Source: Eledone cirrhosa (taxonomy: Eukaryota). Taken from it: DNA of 64,000 bases. The stretch's first letter is position 1. Each line of letters begins with the position of its first letter. Under the pieces are notes generated by a model, which worked only from the letters and a program-made list of their open reading frames with translations, ran no database searches and was not told the DNA's origin. The DNA lies in assembly GCA_964016885.1 (NCBI GenBank), contig OZ024740.1, positions 139,252,001 through 139,316,000 of the forward strand, given 5' to 3'. This document shows positions 12,340 to 26,168 of the stretch, piece after piece. Both the position numbers and the translations under genes were made by a program.

Positions 12340-13614
12340 GTAAATTTCCTAGATATAACTTTAGACTTAGCTACGGGTATCTACCAACCTTACCATAAAC
12401 CCAACCAAAACTTACATTACATACACTCACAATCTAATCACCCTAAATCTATCCTTAAAAACCTTGCATATAATATATCACTTAGAATTTCTAACCTTTC
12501 TTCTAACCAAGATGTATTTGATAAAAATGCGACCTTCTATAACGAAGCTCTAGATAGAAGTGGCCACAAAAATAGATTAGAATATATACCTTCTACTAAA
12601 AATACTAAAAACATACAACCTAATATTACCAACAAACACCAAATGAAAAGTACACACCTAAATGCCACCCACACTATACCCCAAAATACCAAATCTTCTA
12701 ATATAAAATATAGTAACTCTCAAAAAACTACTCATCATACAACTCTAATAAATATTAATAATAAAACTCCTAATAAAAAAGATAAAACACCTAAATCTAC
12801 AAATATAACTAAAAATGGTTGTGGTGAGATCATTAACATTAATCCTCCTAGTAAACATCACGATACAACCTATAAAAATAATAAAAATAATAAACAACAT
12901 AGAAACCGTAATAGACGGGTTACTTGGTATAATGCTCCATTTAATTTACAAATTAAGGATAATATTGCTAAAAAAATTTTTTATATCCTAGAGAACAACT
13001 TCCCGCCAAACCACAAATACCATCAAATCTTAAATAGGTCTACAGTTAAATTCTCATACTCAACAACAAATAACATAAAACAAAATATAAGTGCCTATAA
13101 TGCATATAAATGTAAGAAAACCATAAGTATACCACCAATACATCAAACTAACCATAATATCTCCTCAAATACAGAATTAACGAAAGGTTGTAACTGTAGA
13201 AACAAAGCAAACTGCCCATTAAAAGGAAATTGTCTTGTTAACAACATAGTTTATAAATGTAATGTTAAAACTAAAGATTCTATTTGCTCATATATAGGAG
13301 CTACTTCTAACAATTTTAAGACAAGGTTTAATACCCACAAACATAGTTTTAAAAATGCAGCACTGGCTAATACAACATCTCTAGCAGAAAAAATCAATAG
13401 TTATAAAAATAAGAATATAGAATATGATTTGACCTGGAGTGTGCTCAAAAGAGCCACCCCTTATCAAAATAATAGAAATGAATGTAGATTATGTTCCCAA
13501 GAACTATTTTAAATAATGAAAACTAAGGATATCCTATTAAATAAACGACAGGAATTAATTATATCGTGTAATCATAAACTAAAAAAAACATTTAAATATT
13601 ATAAACCTAATTAA
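12340..13614 (+). pseudogene. 5'-truncated Penelope-like element ORF: RT thumb, linker and C-terminal GIY-YIG endonuclease
   Basis: Open from 12340: VNFLDITLDL...YHKPNQNLHYIHSQSNHP (PLE RT C-terminus), RNRRVTWYNAPF, CNCRNKANCPLKGNC, IVYKC...SYIGAT...FKTRFNTHKHSF, CRLC. A premature TAA at 13510-13512 is followed by LLNKRQELIISCNH and a stop at 13614. The CxCx5C linker suggests the Hydra clade (inference). Confidence 0.88.
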
Positions 13615-14600
13615 TAACATTATTTTAGAAATTAATATATAATTTAATTTAAATGTTAGTTAACCTATAAATTTAATTTAATTAAAATCCTACTACAGAT
13701 GAGAATATAAAATATTGTGTAATCATAAATTGTGAAAAACCTTTAAATATTACTAATATATACTTAGTAATTTAATTTATAGATTAATTTTAATTTATTT
13801 AACCCTTTATTAAAATTCCTTTACAGATAAAATACAACAAAATATCGTGTATTCAATGACAGAGAAATAATTTTTAGTATTATAAACCTAATTAATATAC
13901 ATTTTAGAAATATATTTATAATTTGGTTTTAAATTTGGTCAACCTAAAAATTTAATTTAATTGGCTTAAAATTAGTATCCTAATACAGACGGATTGCAGA
14001 GTGTCATGTAATCATAGAATGGGATGGGTTTGGGATGTATACCTAGTTAATATATTCTTTGCAATTTTTGAAAAAATATGTATATGTATGTATATATGTG
14101 TATGTGTATGTATGTATATATATGTGTGTATATATATATGTATGTATATGTATATGTGTATGTATTAATTTTAATTTCTGTTTACATATAATTATATTCT
14201 ACTATTGATAAAATACAATATCTGTTTTATTTATTATATACCTAATTAACATATACTATAGAAATTAACATATAATTTTTAATTTAGTTAACCTATAATT
14301 TATATTCTACTACCGATGTAATACTTTATTTGTTTTTTCCCTATTACTAAATTCATTTCCTAATATTGATACCATAACGTTAATAATTTTAATTTAGTTA
14401 TACTATAATTAATACTCTACTACTATTTAACTTCAAAATTCTGCTTCAAATATTATAAACCTAAGTAATTTACACCTTAGAAATCAATATATTAACTATC
14501 TTTAGTTTAGTTAACCTATAATTAATGGTATACTTATATTGAAACGCATAATTTTGCCTTCTTTCTTGCATTTCCTAATACTGAAACTATGTAAACACAT
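13530..14600 (+). repeat. Degenerate ~130-160-bp tandem repeats in the PLE 3' UTR
   Basis: Recurrent motifs TATTATAAACCTAATTAAT, TTAGTTAACCTATAA, ATCCTACTACAGAT and TCGTGTAATCAT. Confidence 0.65.
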
Positions 14601-14699
14601 ATTGAGATCCAAATACAGATTAATATTCTATGTTTCTTGAAACATATATTTACTATAATCCCCTTCTCCCCCCCCCCTTTCCCCCCCTACTATTATTAT

Positions 14700-14826
14700 T
14701 TGTATTTGTAAGCGTGTATGTATGTATGTATATGTAGGTAGGTGTATATATATTTGGGTGTTTATTTGTAAGTATAAAAATACATATATGCGCATGCAAA
14801 TAAGGGTGTATGATTGTGTGTATATA

Positions 14827-14881
<55 letters not shown>

Positions 14882-15197
14882 GTGTGTGTATACGTGTATG
14901 TATATATATGTATGTGTGTATGTATGTGTGTGTATATATGTGTATGTATATGTATGTCTCTCTATATATATGTGTATCTTTGTATCTATGTGGGTATATG
15001 TGTGTATGTACATGTATGCACATGTATATGTCTATGTGTATATGTGTGTATGTGTATATGTGTACGTATGTGCGCATATATATGTGAGTGTGTGTGTGTG
15101 TATATATATGTATGTCTATATATGTATATATATATATATATATTATTTATTATTATAATATAGTATATGTATATATATATATATGTGAAAATATGTA

Positions 15198-15243
<46 letters not shown>

Positions 15244-15507
15244 ATATTAGTAGTTGATGTGTGTATATGTATGTATATATATGTGTGTGTGTATGTATGT
15301 GTGTATATATATGTATGTGTGTGTGTGTATGTGTGTGTGTGTATATATATATATACATATATGTATATGTATGTGTGTGCATATTTGTCTGACTGTGTGT
15401 ATTAATTTTTTTTTATTTTTTTTATTTTTTATATATATATGTATGTGTAAGTATATGTATGTATGTATGTGTGTGCATGTCTATATATGTGTGTGTGTAT
15501 GTGTATG

Positions 15508-15583
<76 letters not shown>

Positions 15584-15683
15584 TATATATATGTATGTGT
15601 GTCTTTGTGTGTGTGTATATATATGTATGTATGTGTGTATGTATGTGTTTGTATGTGTGTTTATGGTTGTACGCGTGTGTGGG

Positions 15684-15717
<34 letters not shown>

Positions 15718-16182
15718 TATGTGTATATGTATCTCTATTTATATGTGTATATATGTATATGTATATACTTTTTCTTTGTATGTCTGAGTTGTGTGAGCGT
15801 GTAGTGGTGTTTGTATGTATATACGCATATTTGGATGTGTATGTATTTGTATATATGCGTATATGTAAGTGCGTATGTGTGTGTGAGTATATATCTAAGT
15901 CTATGTATGAGTATGTATGTGTGTGTATGTATGTGTGTGTGTATGTATGTATGTGTGTATGTGTGTATGTATATGTGTGTATATATATGTATGTATATGT
16001 ATGTATGTATGTATATATGTATGTATATGTATATATATGTATATATATATATATATATATATTTATTATATGTGTGTGTGTGTGTGTGTATATATATCTT
16101 TATATATGTGTATGTGTATGTATGTGTAGGTGTGTGTGTGTGAGTATATATGTATGTGTGTATATGTGTATGTATGTGTATG

Positions 16183-16249
<67 letters not shown>

Positions 16250-16392
16250 ATGTGTATGTGTGTATGTGTGTATATATATATATATATTTATGTATATATA
16301 TATATTTATATGTGGGTATGTATGTGTATGTGTGTATATATATGAGTGTATTTATATATATATGTGTATGTAGGTGTGACTGTATATATATG

Positions 16393-16451
<59 letters not shown>

Positions 16452-16509
16452 ATGTATATGTGTGTATATGTATGAGTGTGTATATATATACGAGTGTTGT
16501 GAGTGTATT

Positions 16510-16568
<59 letters not shown>

Positions 16569-16615
16569 GTATATATATATATATTTGTATGCGTGTATGT
16601 GTATATGTGTGTAAA

Positions 16616-16657
<42 letters not shown>

Positions 16658-17075
16658 TTATGTGTGTATGTGTCTATGTATTTATATGTGTATATGTATG
16701 TGTCTCTATATGTATGCGTCTATGTATGTGTATGTGTATTTATATGGTATGTGTATGTATATGTATGTGTATGTATGTGTTTATATATATGTGTATGTAT
16801 ATGTATGTATATGTATGTGTGTGTATGCGTGTGTATTTATTTATATGTCTATATGTATGTATATCGATGTATACTTTATATTTTACTTGTTTGTATATAT
16901 ATATATGTGTGTGTATGTATATGTGTATGTATATATATATATGTGTGTGTATATATGTATGTATATAAACATATGTGTATATGTATGTGTGTATATATAT
17001 ATGTATGTGTGTATATATGTGTATATATATATGTATATGTATATATATGTGTGTGTGTGTGTGTGTGTATGTGTG

Positions 17076-17125
<50 letters not shown>
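14700..17125. repeat. Compound (TA)/(TG)/(TATG) microsatellite field
   Basis: About 2.4 kb of mixed dinucleotide and tetranucleotide repeats. Confidence 0.95.
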
Positions 17126-18077
17126 CTTGATATATTTCTTTTTTCTTTTTTCTTTTTCTTTTCTTTTTATTTCTAAGTTTATAGATACATCTATAAATAG
17201 GCAGTCTGCCGAAACCGTTGAATACTGACCTCTCCCCCCCTCCCACCTAATTTCTGTATCCTGATCTAAATATGTGTGGCAGTGTTTATGTGCGTGCATT
17301 AATGTCCATATGCTTATGATAATACTATATGCACATATATATGTGTGTGGGGGTGTGTGTGTGTATGTATGTTCGTAGTTATGTGTATGTTTATGCATAT
17401 ACGCGCGTGTGTGTGTGAGTGTACGAATATGTTTGAGTATATGAATGTGTGTATACATTTATTTCATATTTATGTGTCTATACGCATTTTATCTGTGTAT
17501 TATGGACTTACAGAGACATTAGCCTTGAATTTTTGTATTTGCATACATCTTTTTGGCATGCGTATGCATGTGAACCTATATCTTTATGTAAATATGTGTA
17601 CGAAGTTAATTACATGTATATACACACACCAAACTGCATAACATTTTTTGTATTTTCATTGGTCAATTTGAACTCTGTTCCCAAACGGACCTGAAATTTT
17701 GAATTGTTGTTATTATCAATAAATATATTTCATTATTTCTGAAGACGGCATATATATGTGTTGGGTATGTATATTTAATTTTGATAGTTTGTATAATTTT
17801 GTATAATTTTGTACATAGATCTGTTGAATATGCATGCCAATTCTAACACATATATATCCTAGAAACGATCGTTAAATAATGAACTTTTTTTGTTTAATAT
17901 AAGGAACTGTTTCATTGTTTTATTCATTATTTTTTTAATATTTTATCTTGACTCTGTATTCCGTTTATCTTTCACCGAAAGTGATTTTTCATTGCATCTC
18001 TTCTTTCCATGATATCCGGATTACATTGAGTTCTTCATACGGATTGGACACTACCGTAAACTCTTGGTAGATTTATC

Positions 18078-18081
<4 letters not shown>
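16471..18081 (+). mobile_element. PLE 3' pLTR with unique tail (17946-18081), ending at (TA)n
   Basis: Direct arm of the 10897-12339 inverted repeat. Contains an HHR motif. The tail is absent from the inverted copy. Confidence 0.75.
17731..17881 (+). ncRNA. Type I hammerhead ribozyme motif with extended stem II (mirror copy at 10960-11110, minus strand)
   Basis: CATTATTT-CTGAAGA-[116 nt, with ATATATATGTGTTGG pairing to CTAACACATATATAT]-GAAA-CGATCG-TT-AAATAATG. Stem I is a perfect 8 bp. Confidence 0.7.
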
Positions 18082-18143
<62 letters not shown>

Positions 18144-18144
18144 G

Positions 18145-18589
<445 letters not shown>

Positions 18590-18606
18590 TCAGAGAGAGA
18601 GAGAGT

Positions 18607-18660
<54 letters not shown>

Positions 18661-18914
18661 CAGGGTAATGAGACAATGAATAATTAAATAAATAGAATAA
18701 GTTGAGTGTGGAAAATGATGGTCGCCGAAAAACCAAAAAGGTTGAGTGCCAGAAATAATAAAAGGAAAGAAATAAAGAAGGAAAGATGGAAGGAAGGAAA
18801 GTGTGAAATGAATCCATTGTTATGTAGGGAACGGAAGTGTAAGTTGGCACTTCCGTTCCTTTTTACTTCGTTGCGAAAAATGGTTTTGTTTTTGTTGTCG
18901 TCATTGTTTTCATA

Positions 18915-18988
18915 GTCATGATCCTCATCACCATCATCATCATCATCAATAACAACATGATTGTCATTGTCATCACACTCTTCGTCAC

Positions 18989-19019
<31 letters not shown>

Positions 19020-19054
19020 ATCATCGTCATCATCATCATCATCGTCACCGTCAC

Positions 19055-19107
<53 letters not shown>

Positions 19108-19242
19108 CCGTCATCGTCATCGTCATCGTCACCGTCATCGTCATCGTCATCATCATCGTCATCGTCATCGTCATCATCATCGTCATCATCATCGTCATCG
19201 TCATCATCATCGTCATCGTCACCGTCATCGTCATCGTCATCA

Positions 19243-19275
<33 letters not shown>

Positions 19276-19320
19276 CCGTCATCGTCATCGTCATCATCAT
19301 CGTCATCGTCATCAATATCA
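18915..19320. repeat. (GTCATC)n/(CAT)n microsatellite
   Basis: Direct reading of the hexanucleotide and trinucleotide repeat. Confidence 0.95.
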
Positions 19321-19343
19321 TTATATTATTATCATCAATAATA

Positions 19344-19535
19344 GGGCGTTGGATTGGCAGTATCAGTAGAGGGTCTGACGTCATGCTTTGACGCATAGAG
19401 TTACGGCCCTTTCTATTCTGAGTTCAAATCCCGCCGAGGTCAACTTTGCTTTTCATCCTTACGGGGTCGATAAAATAAAGTACCAGTGATACACTGGGAT
19501 AATTGCTGGCCTTGTGCCAAAAGTAGAAACAATTA
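19344..19535 (+). mobile_element. Family A SINE
   Basis: A/B boxes, body motif and 3' end as in the other copies. Confidence 0.9.
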
Positions 19536-20400
19536 TATTATTATCATCAATAACATCATGGTCATCATCCTTGTCGTTGCCGTATCGTCGTCGTCGTCGA
19601 CCGCCCCCCCCCCCTCATCATCACCATCATCCTCATCGTCGTTGTCACCGTCGTCCTTATCCTTGCCATCATCATCATCTTAGGTTCGGAGCAGCCAACC
19701 CTTACCATCGAGACAATAGCTCAAAACGTCTGTTGCCATTGTACACCACACTACAGTGTACCACAGCACACCATAACATACCACGTCACACCACACAACG
19801 CCACACCCTACTCAATTACTCCGCACCATACCCCTTCACATCACGCCATGTCATATTATACCATACCACATCACTCCACACCACGTTACACAGTCACCAC
19901 CAAACTGCCATAAACGCCGTACCAGTACAACTGCCACGCCACCACATCACCACACGGCAACGATCACGACGACCACTACCACCACCACTACAAACTCCTC
20001 TGTTGCCCTTTCGTCTGTGACACGGATGTGTTATTTCAGTGAGGTGAGTCCAAAGTTCATGTAGCAATATCATTAGAGAATATCACTGAAATGAGATGCA
20101 CAAGCCATTCTAGAATCGTTCGTATTCTTCTTTATATTTCCTTTCGTTTTCTCTTTTATTTTGATTTCCGGCTTTCCTTCTTCTCTTACATGCTTCTTTT
20201 ATCTTATTATTTATCTTATTTATTTTCTTATTTATTTTCTTATTATTTGCTTAATGGTTTACGAGGGACAGATTTTTATTCTATTTTCTGTAGGTCGATT
20301 CTTTCGAGAATATAATGGCGAAATGCTCAGATTTTGATGAAGTATTAATAAGAATTACCAGCTTTATCTTATTGAGATCAACTATGCCTTTCATTATTTT

Positions 20401-20593
20401 GGGCGGTGGATTGACAGTATCGGTAGAGGGTCGGACGTCATGCTTTGCAGCATAGAGTTACGTCCCTTTACGGTCTGAGTTCAAATCCCTGCCCAGGTCA
20501 ACTTTGCCTTTCATCCTTACGGGGTCGATAAAATAAAGTACCAGTAATTCACTGGAATAAGTGCTGGCCTTGTGCCAAAAGTAGAAACAATTA
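20401..20593 (+). mobile_element. Family A SINE, followed by older degenerate relatives to ~20935
   Basis: GGGCGGTGGATTG start, GAGTTCAAATCCC, GCCTTTCATCCTTACGGGGTCGATAAAATAAAGTACC. Confidence 0.9.
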
Positions 20594-21067
20594 TTTTAAG
20601 GTCGATACAATAAAGTGTTAGTCAGGTAGTGAGGACGATTTAATTGACGTTCCACCAAGCATAGTACTGCTGGCCTTGTTCCTAAATTATTATAAAGGTG
20701 CTAGATTGAAACAATTTGTTAAAGTGCCAGGCAAAATGCTTTGCGGCATTTTACGTTCCGAGTTCAAATCTTGCCGGCTTCAAATTTGTGGGTTCATCCT
20801 TTTGAGTCAGTCCATATTTGTCGTTTATCCTTTTGGGTCCGTCCATATAATAAAATACCAGTCATATACTGAGGTTGATACAATCGACTTTCCTCTCCCC
20901 TTAATTTGCTGACCTAGATCCAAAATTAGAAACTTCGTCATGTCTTCTTTTGAGCTAGTATTTTGCACATGATCACTCTAAGGATGAGACTTCTTGTAGT
21001 AATTCCAGGCAGAGCACTTCGTGCAACTGTACTTTGATCTGAACTAACGTTCTCCTTTATTAACAAA

Positions 21068-21901
21068 CTAGCAGTAAAGCCCGGCGTTGCTCGGGGTCGC
21101 TCAGTAGCTGTGTTAAAGTTACAATGTTAAGTTTCTTTTTTGGCTTAAAAACTGTAGTGTCTACTGTGCAAACTTGCATGTGGTGTTTTTGATTAATATT
21201 CCCTCAACCAACAATATGCCTTATGAAGTTAAGAAAACATAACGATAACCCGAATGTTATAACAAAAGAGGATGCTGGGGATAAAAACTGCACTGGTTAT
21301 TTATTAACAAAGATCGAAAATGTAAACACTGCAACGCAGAGAAAAACATTAGCGTAACCAAATTATCAGTTATGTCTGTCTGCACGCCTATATCACCTCT
21401 CTGCACGACTGTCTGTCTGCACGACTGTCTGTCTGCACGCCTAACGACGAAATATTTGCTTGTTTTACGTAGTCTTTAAATAGACTTGTTTTCAAGTAAA
21501 AATATTGTTTTAAAATGCTTTTAAATGGAAATGAAGCAAAACGGAAGCTTAGTGTTCGAACTGATGAATTTTGCAGGTCAATATTTTGCTGGCTCGACAA
21601 CTGTTCGTGTATTGTGTTAATGTCATTTTAAACGCTGAGAAAGCCAGCGTAATTTTTTACGTAAGACGCTCAATGTAAACAGAACAAAGGGAAATAACTG
21701 ATAACTTACGCTCAAAAATCGATACATTATATTCGATTTCGTCACATAGGGTGGGTCAATTTGAAATATTTTTTTTCTGATGTCTTCGCTAGGGCTCAAT
21801 GTACAAGTATAGCAATTTCGGTGCAATTCCGTGAGAGATTCTAAGAGATGTGTGCCAAAAATCGATAGACAGACAGACAACCACAGTTTTATATATATAG
21901 A
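21068..21901 (-). mobile_element. Non-autonomous Helitron, near-identical to 59582-60471
   Basis: Minus strand reads A|TCTATATATATAAAA ... CCCGAGCAACGCCGGG hairpin ... CTAG|T. No TSD. Confidence 0.85.
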
Positions 21902-23269
21902 TTATATAATGGATATGATTATAAAATAATTTCGTATTTGTTTTGTTTAATCTCCGAATTTTCAAACTACCAATCACTTTTCACAGAATTTTCTCCCGAA
22001 ACATTCGAGCAAATATTCTAACAAAAAAGGATTAGATTCACCAGCTTACACAACCCATTATATAACATTAATAATGGTTTCTGATTTAGACACAAATGTT
22101 TGGGGAGGGGAATGTTGATTAAATACACCCCAGGATGTTATTGGTACTTTATTTTATGACCCCGTAAGGATGAAAGGCAAATATAGTAGAGGCTGTAAGT
22201 TCTATTCGTGAACTGAGCAGCCTGTTGTGTTCATAAGCAAGACGCTTCATTTCACATCGCTCTTTATGAAAGGCCTGTGGCTTCTATTATTAAAACATCC
22301 GAGAAACCTCCTGAGATACAACCTCACAGGAGTTCAGCTAAACAGACATAGGTATGAGCTGTAAATTTTTTTTTATTCATCTTTGCCGAAATAGGATTAA
22401 TTAAAAATTCTTTAAGATTTATCGTTCTGCAATATAAAATGTATTAGCTATGTAGTAAATTATCACGTAAAGTAATTGCCCTAAAAATACGTCAGGTGCA
22501 AAATTCCTTTGTTGTTTTTCTTTTCAATATTTCATCATACATTATATATTATATATTAACCAGAAAGTAAACAGTTATAAGAAATGCCATTATCATTATT
22601 AATAAAAGCATTAGAGTGTAGATAGATAACAAATTAAAAATGTAATCAAAGTCCTATGCTTGGTCTGGTGTACTCTTGTAACGGACTGGCAAGATATAGC
22701 ACAAAACACCGTGGGAATAATTATACATAGATTTCAAGGAGTAGGAATGTAAGCAGTTATATATGCAAAACAGGGGGGAGGCGTCACACTGGACAAAAAG
22801 AACGGAAAAAGCATAGTCCTATCTCCTCATACAACCTCTGGAAATCACTACAGTTTATGTGCCTTAAAGTTGGTACTTTCATACGTCACAATGTAGACTG
22901 GAATGAGTAGTGTCAATCTTAAGGAAACGAAACTGTCGTGGGTTCCAAAGGTTGATTGAAGAGATGCTAATGTCTGTTTTTCCATTTTTTCCCGTTGTTT
23001 TGTCCTGTATGTGCGTGTGCGTGTATATTTAATATTTTTAGTTATTTTCTTATACATATTATGACGTTTCGGTTGAGAGACCAAATGTATGGTGCCAAAA
23101 TGCCTGTAATTTGCACACTCGTATATCAATGTCAATAGGAAAGAGACACAACTGTACATACATACATGCATATATGATGATGGCTGAAACTCGATTTCGA
23201 GTAATGACATCGCTTGATACATAAGAATGAGCATCACGGACGTAGTTTTTTAGTCCTGCAAGGGACTTG

Positions 23270-24057
23270 TCTATGGCCATCAATACCATGCATTGCACAA
23301 AATGTCACAAGGTTTTATAAGTGAGGTAAGGCTTTGCACGGGACCAATCATACTCTCTGAACGAAAGAAAGAAGAACTCGTCTACATCTTTGGATGCAAA
23401 CGAAGTCGCAGGTTTTATATCAGAGTGACCTTCTCCTAGAGAGATGTCTTAATGAAGACAGGGAGTCTCTTGTTCCACAACATCTTGACTCCTGAGTTTT
23501 CTTTTCTATCCCGAAGGGTATCCAAAATAACTCTGCCACCAAATTAAAGCATATCCGGCCTGATATTTTTGTTTGGGACCACACATTAAAAACATGCCCA
23601 GTTATAGAAGTGAGTTGATCACTTGATGTCAATATGGTAAGAAAAATGCAAGAGAAGGAGGATACCAATATATCATTGATGAGTAGTTTGCAGATCCAGT
23701 ACCCAAGATACACGTTCAGTTTCATACCCGTCATTATTGGAGCTACAGGTTATATACCAACCCGCCTGGACCAAAATATAACTGATCTTGGATGTGAAGA
23801 AAGAATTTCGCTTTGTAATTCAAAAACTACGAATGACCACTATATTTGGAACCTTAAAAAATTGTGAAACATTCTTACGATTCAAATGACAACACCGACC
23901 CTTGCTACCGAGAATGTGTACGGTTAAAAATAAATTCAAAATTAAGAGAAAGAGAACACACACATATATATAGTAAAAGACCGATAATTTTCCAAAAGCC
24001 GGCACAATGCGGTAGAAAAATACGAAGGACAAATGATGACAAATAAAACAAAACAAA
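23270..24057 (+). mobile_element. Decayed R4/Dong-like non-LTR retrotransposon 3' end (restriction-like endonuclease)
   Basis: From 23541: KLKHIRPDIFVWD...VIEVS*SLDVN...KMQEKED...FIPVIIGATG, a PD-(D/E)xK RLE pattern with an internal stop. A-rich 3' end. Confidence 0.7.
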
Positions 24058-24793
24058 GTAATGTTTTACCCAATGTATTTTAGCATATTTCAAAGATATA
24101 ACCCCTTTTCAAATGGGAAGCTGAAACAATTCAAAACAAAACAAAAACGAGCGATCCATGTACATACATATATAAACACATACATCGACGTCTGACATAT
24201 ATCCATGTACATATATACACATATATACACACATAGATACACATTGTTATTTAGACTTTAGGATGACTTTGAAGCCTTAGAAGTAATCTAAATTATATTA
24301 TAAATTATACGAGTAACTAATTATTCTATTATAGAGAGAGTTAAAATATATTAAAACAGTTAAGAGATCGATATATATAAGTATTTATGTGATTAGTTAG
24401 AAAGGTATAAATAAATATAAAGAATAATGTGATATTAACAAACAAGTAGGATGGAAAAGTGGCGAAAATTAATTCTTAACATACTGATACTGGTTTAACA
24501 AACAATTAGAAAATTTAATTAAAAAGGATTAATAAAACAAATTAAAACTAAATTAATTAGATTGGGATATCTCTTCTATTAAAAAACTGTACTCTAAGAG
24601 ATGTGGACATACTTCTTTCAGTTCATGTCTATGATTTAAGCGCTTAGATGGAAACACAGTGTTCTCAGAAGGTTCACTTATCACGATAAATCGATACGGT
24701 GACTAATTGATAGTGGTTATGCAACTAAATATTTATTAGTCTTGATATATCAGATCCATCTCAACGTTTTCTTCAGAAACAATGACCTATAAC

Positions 24794-24879
<86 letters not shown>

Positions 24880-25154
24880 TGTGAATGTATGTATGTATGT
24901 ATGCATGTGTGTATGTATGTATCTCTGTGTGCGTTGAGAAGCATCCGGCTATATATTTTCTCGTAGAAAGTAATGACGTAGGGTGACAAAAGTGTTCAGA
25001 GTGGAGCCGCATACACTCTTGTGCCTTCACGACGTGTCGTGGACACTAACAGGATCCCTGGAAATGTGGGTGAATGTACTTCAAAGATAATTAAAAATTG
25101 TAACCATAAAAAATACGTAATATATTCCGCCAAACACCGGATACTTTTTTGACA

Positions 25155-25570
25155 GTTGGATTGGCAGTATCGGTAGAGGGTCGGACGCCATGCTTTCCAG
25201 CATAGTTATGTCTCTTAACGATCTGAGTTCAAATTCCGCCGAGGTTGACTTTGCCTTTCATCCTTAAGGGGTCGATGAAATAAAGTACCAGTAATGCACT
25301 GGGTAATTGCTGGCCTTGTGCCAAAAAGTAGAAATAATTATTATCATTAGGTTAACTTTGCCTTTCATCCACACGGGGTCGATAAAATAAAGTACCAGTA
25401 ATGCACTGGGTAATTGCTGGCCTAGTGCCTAAAAGTAGAAACAATTATTATCATTATGCCTTTCATCCTCACGGGGTCGATAAAATAAAGCACCAGTTAT
25501 ACACTGGGTTGATTTAGTCGACTTTCCGCTCCCCTTCAAATTGCTGGCTTGTACCTAAAGTAAAAATAAT
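25155..25570 (+). mobile_element. Family A SINE plus two tandem 3'-half copies
   Basis: GCCTTTCATCC...GGGGTCGAT...CTGGG occurs three times in tandem. Confidence 0.85.
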
Positions 25571-25706
25571 TATTATCATTATGCACATACACACACTTAC
25601 ACACACACACACAACACACACATGCAAACGCGCGCGCGCATATCTATATATTCGGATCTAGCTGACGAAACGGCCGGAGCTCAGCCGTCGGGTTCCTGAT
25701 TCTTTT

Positions 25707-25758
<52 letters not shown>

Positions 25759-26091
25759 GTTAGAAAGTGAACAACACAAGATATAACTACTCCATTACCA
25801 AAGGTTTATAGATCCCAGACGATATTAATATCTGGATCGGTCATCAGACAGAGATGTTATGGATAAAGAATATGAAATGAGATTTAAAATCTGTTAAAAA
25901 TTGGAAGTGAGGCTGGAAAAAATAACGGGAAATATACATAAGAAAAGAAAGTAAGAAAAATAATATATAAAAGTATGGAGCAATATAGAAAAAGACATAT
26001 GTGTGCATGCATATACACACACATACACATTCAGATAAAAGTAAAAAATATATATATATATGTATATATACATACATGCATATATATAGAC

Positions 26092-26163
<72 letters not shown>

Positions 26164-26168
<5 letters not shown>

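Noticed and set aside
13510-13512. In-frame stop in the PLE ORF as possible selenocysteine recoding (known for some Naiad PLEs)
   Set aside because: The codon is TAA, not TGA, it is not at an evident Cys position, and the endonuclease is C-terminal here. It is most simply a nonsense mutation.
11383-17458. Numerous long ORFs rich in YI/CV/HT repeats (also at 41.7-46.6 kb and 61-63 kb)
   Set aside because: They are translations of (TA)n, (TG)n and (CA)n microsatellites, which lack stop codons; there is no protein-like complexity.
10897-17944. Large inverted repeat as a pure assembly artefact
   Set aside because: The arms differ by substitutions and repeat lengths, the geometry matches known PLE inverted insertions, and the tail is on one side only. 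Long-read confirmation is still advisable.
18863-19396. Poly-MT, poly-IV and poly-S ORFs (and poly-N/D/T ORFs at 55.6-56.2 kb)
   Set aside because: These are hexanucleotide and trinucleotide microsatellites, open in several frames on both strands and adjacent to or interrupted by SINEs.
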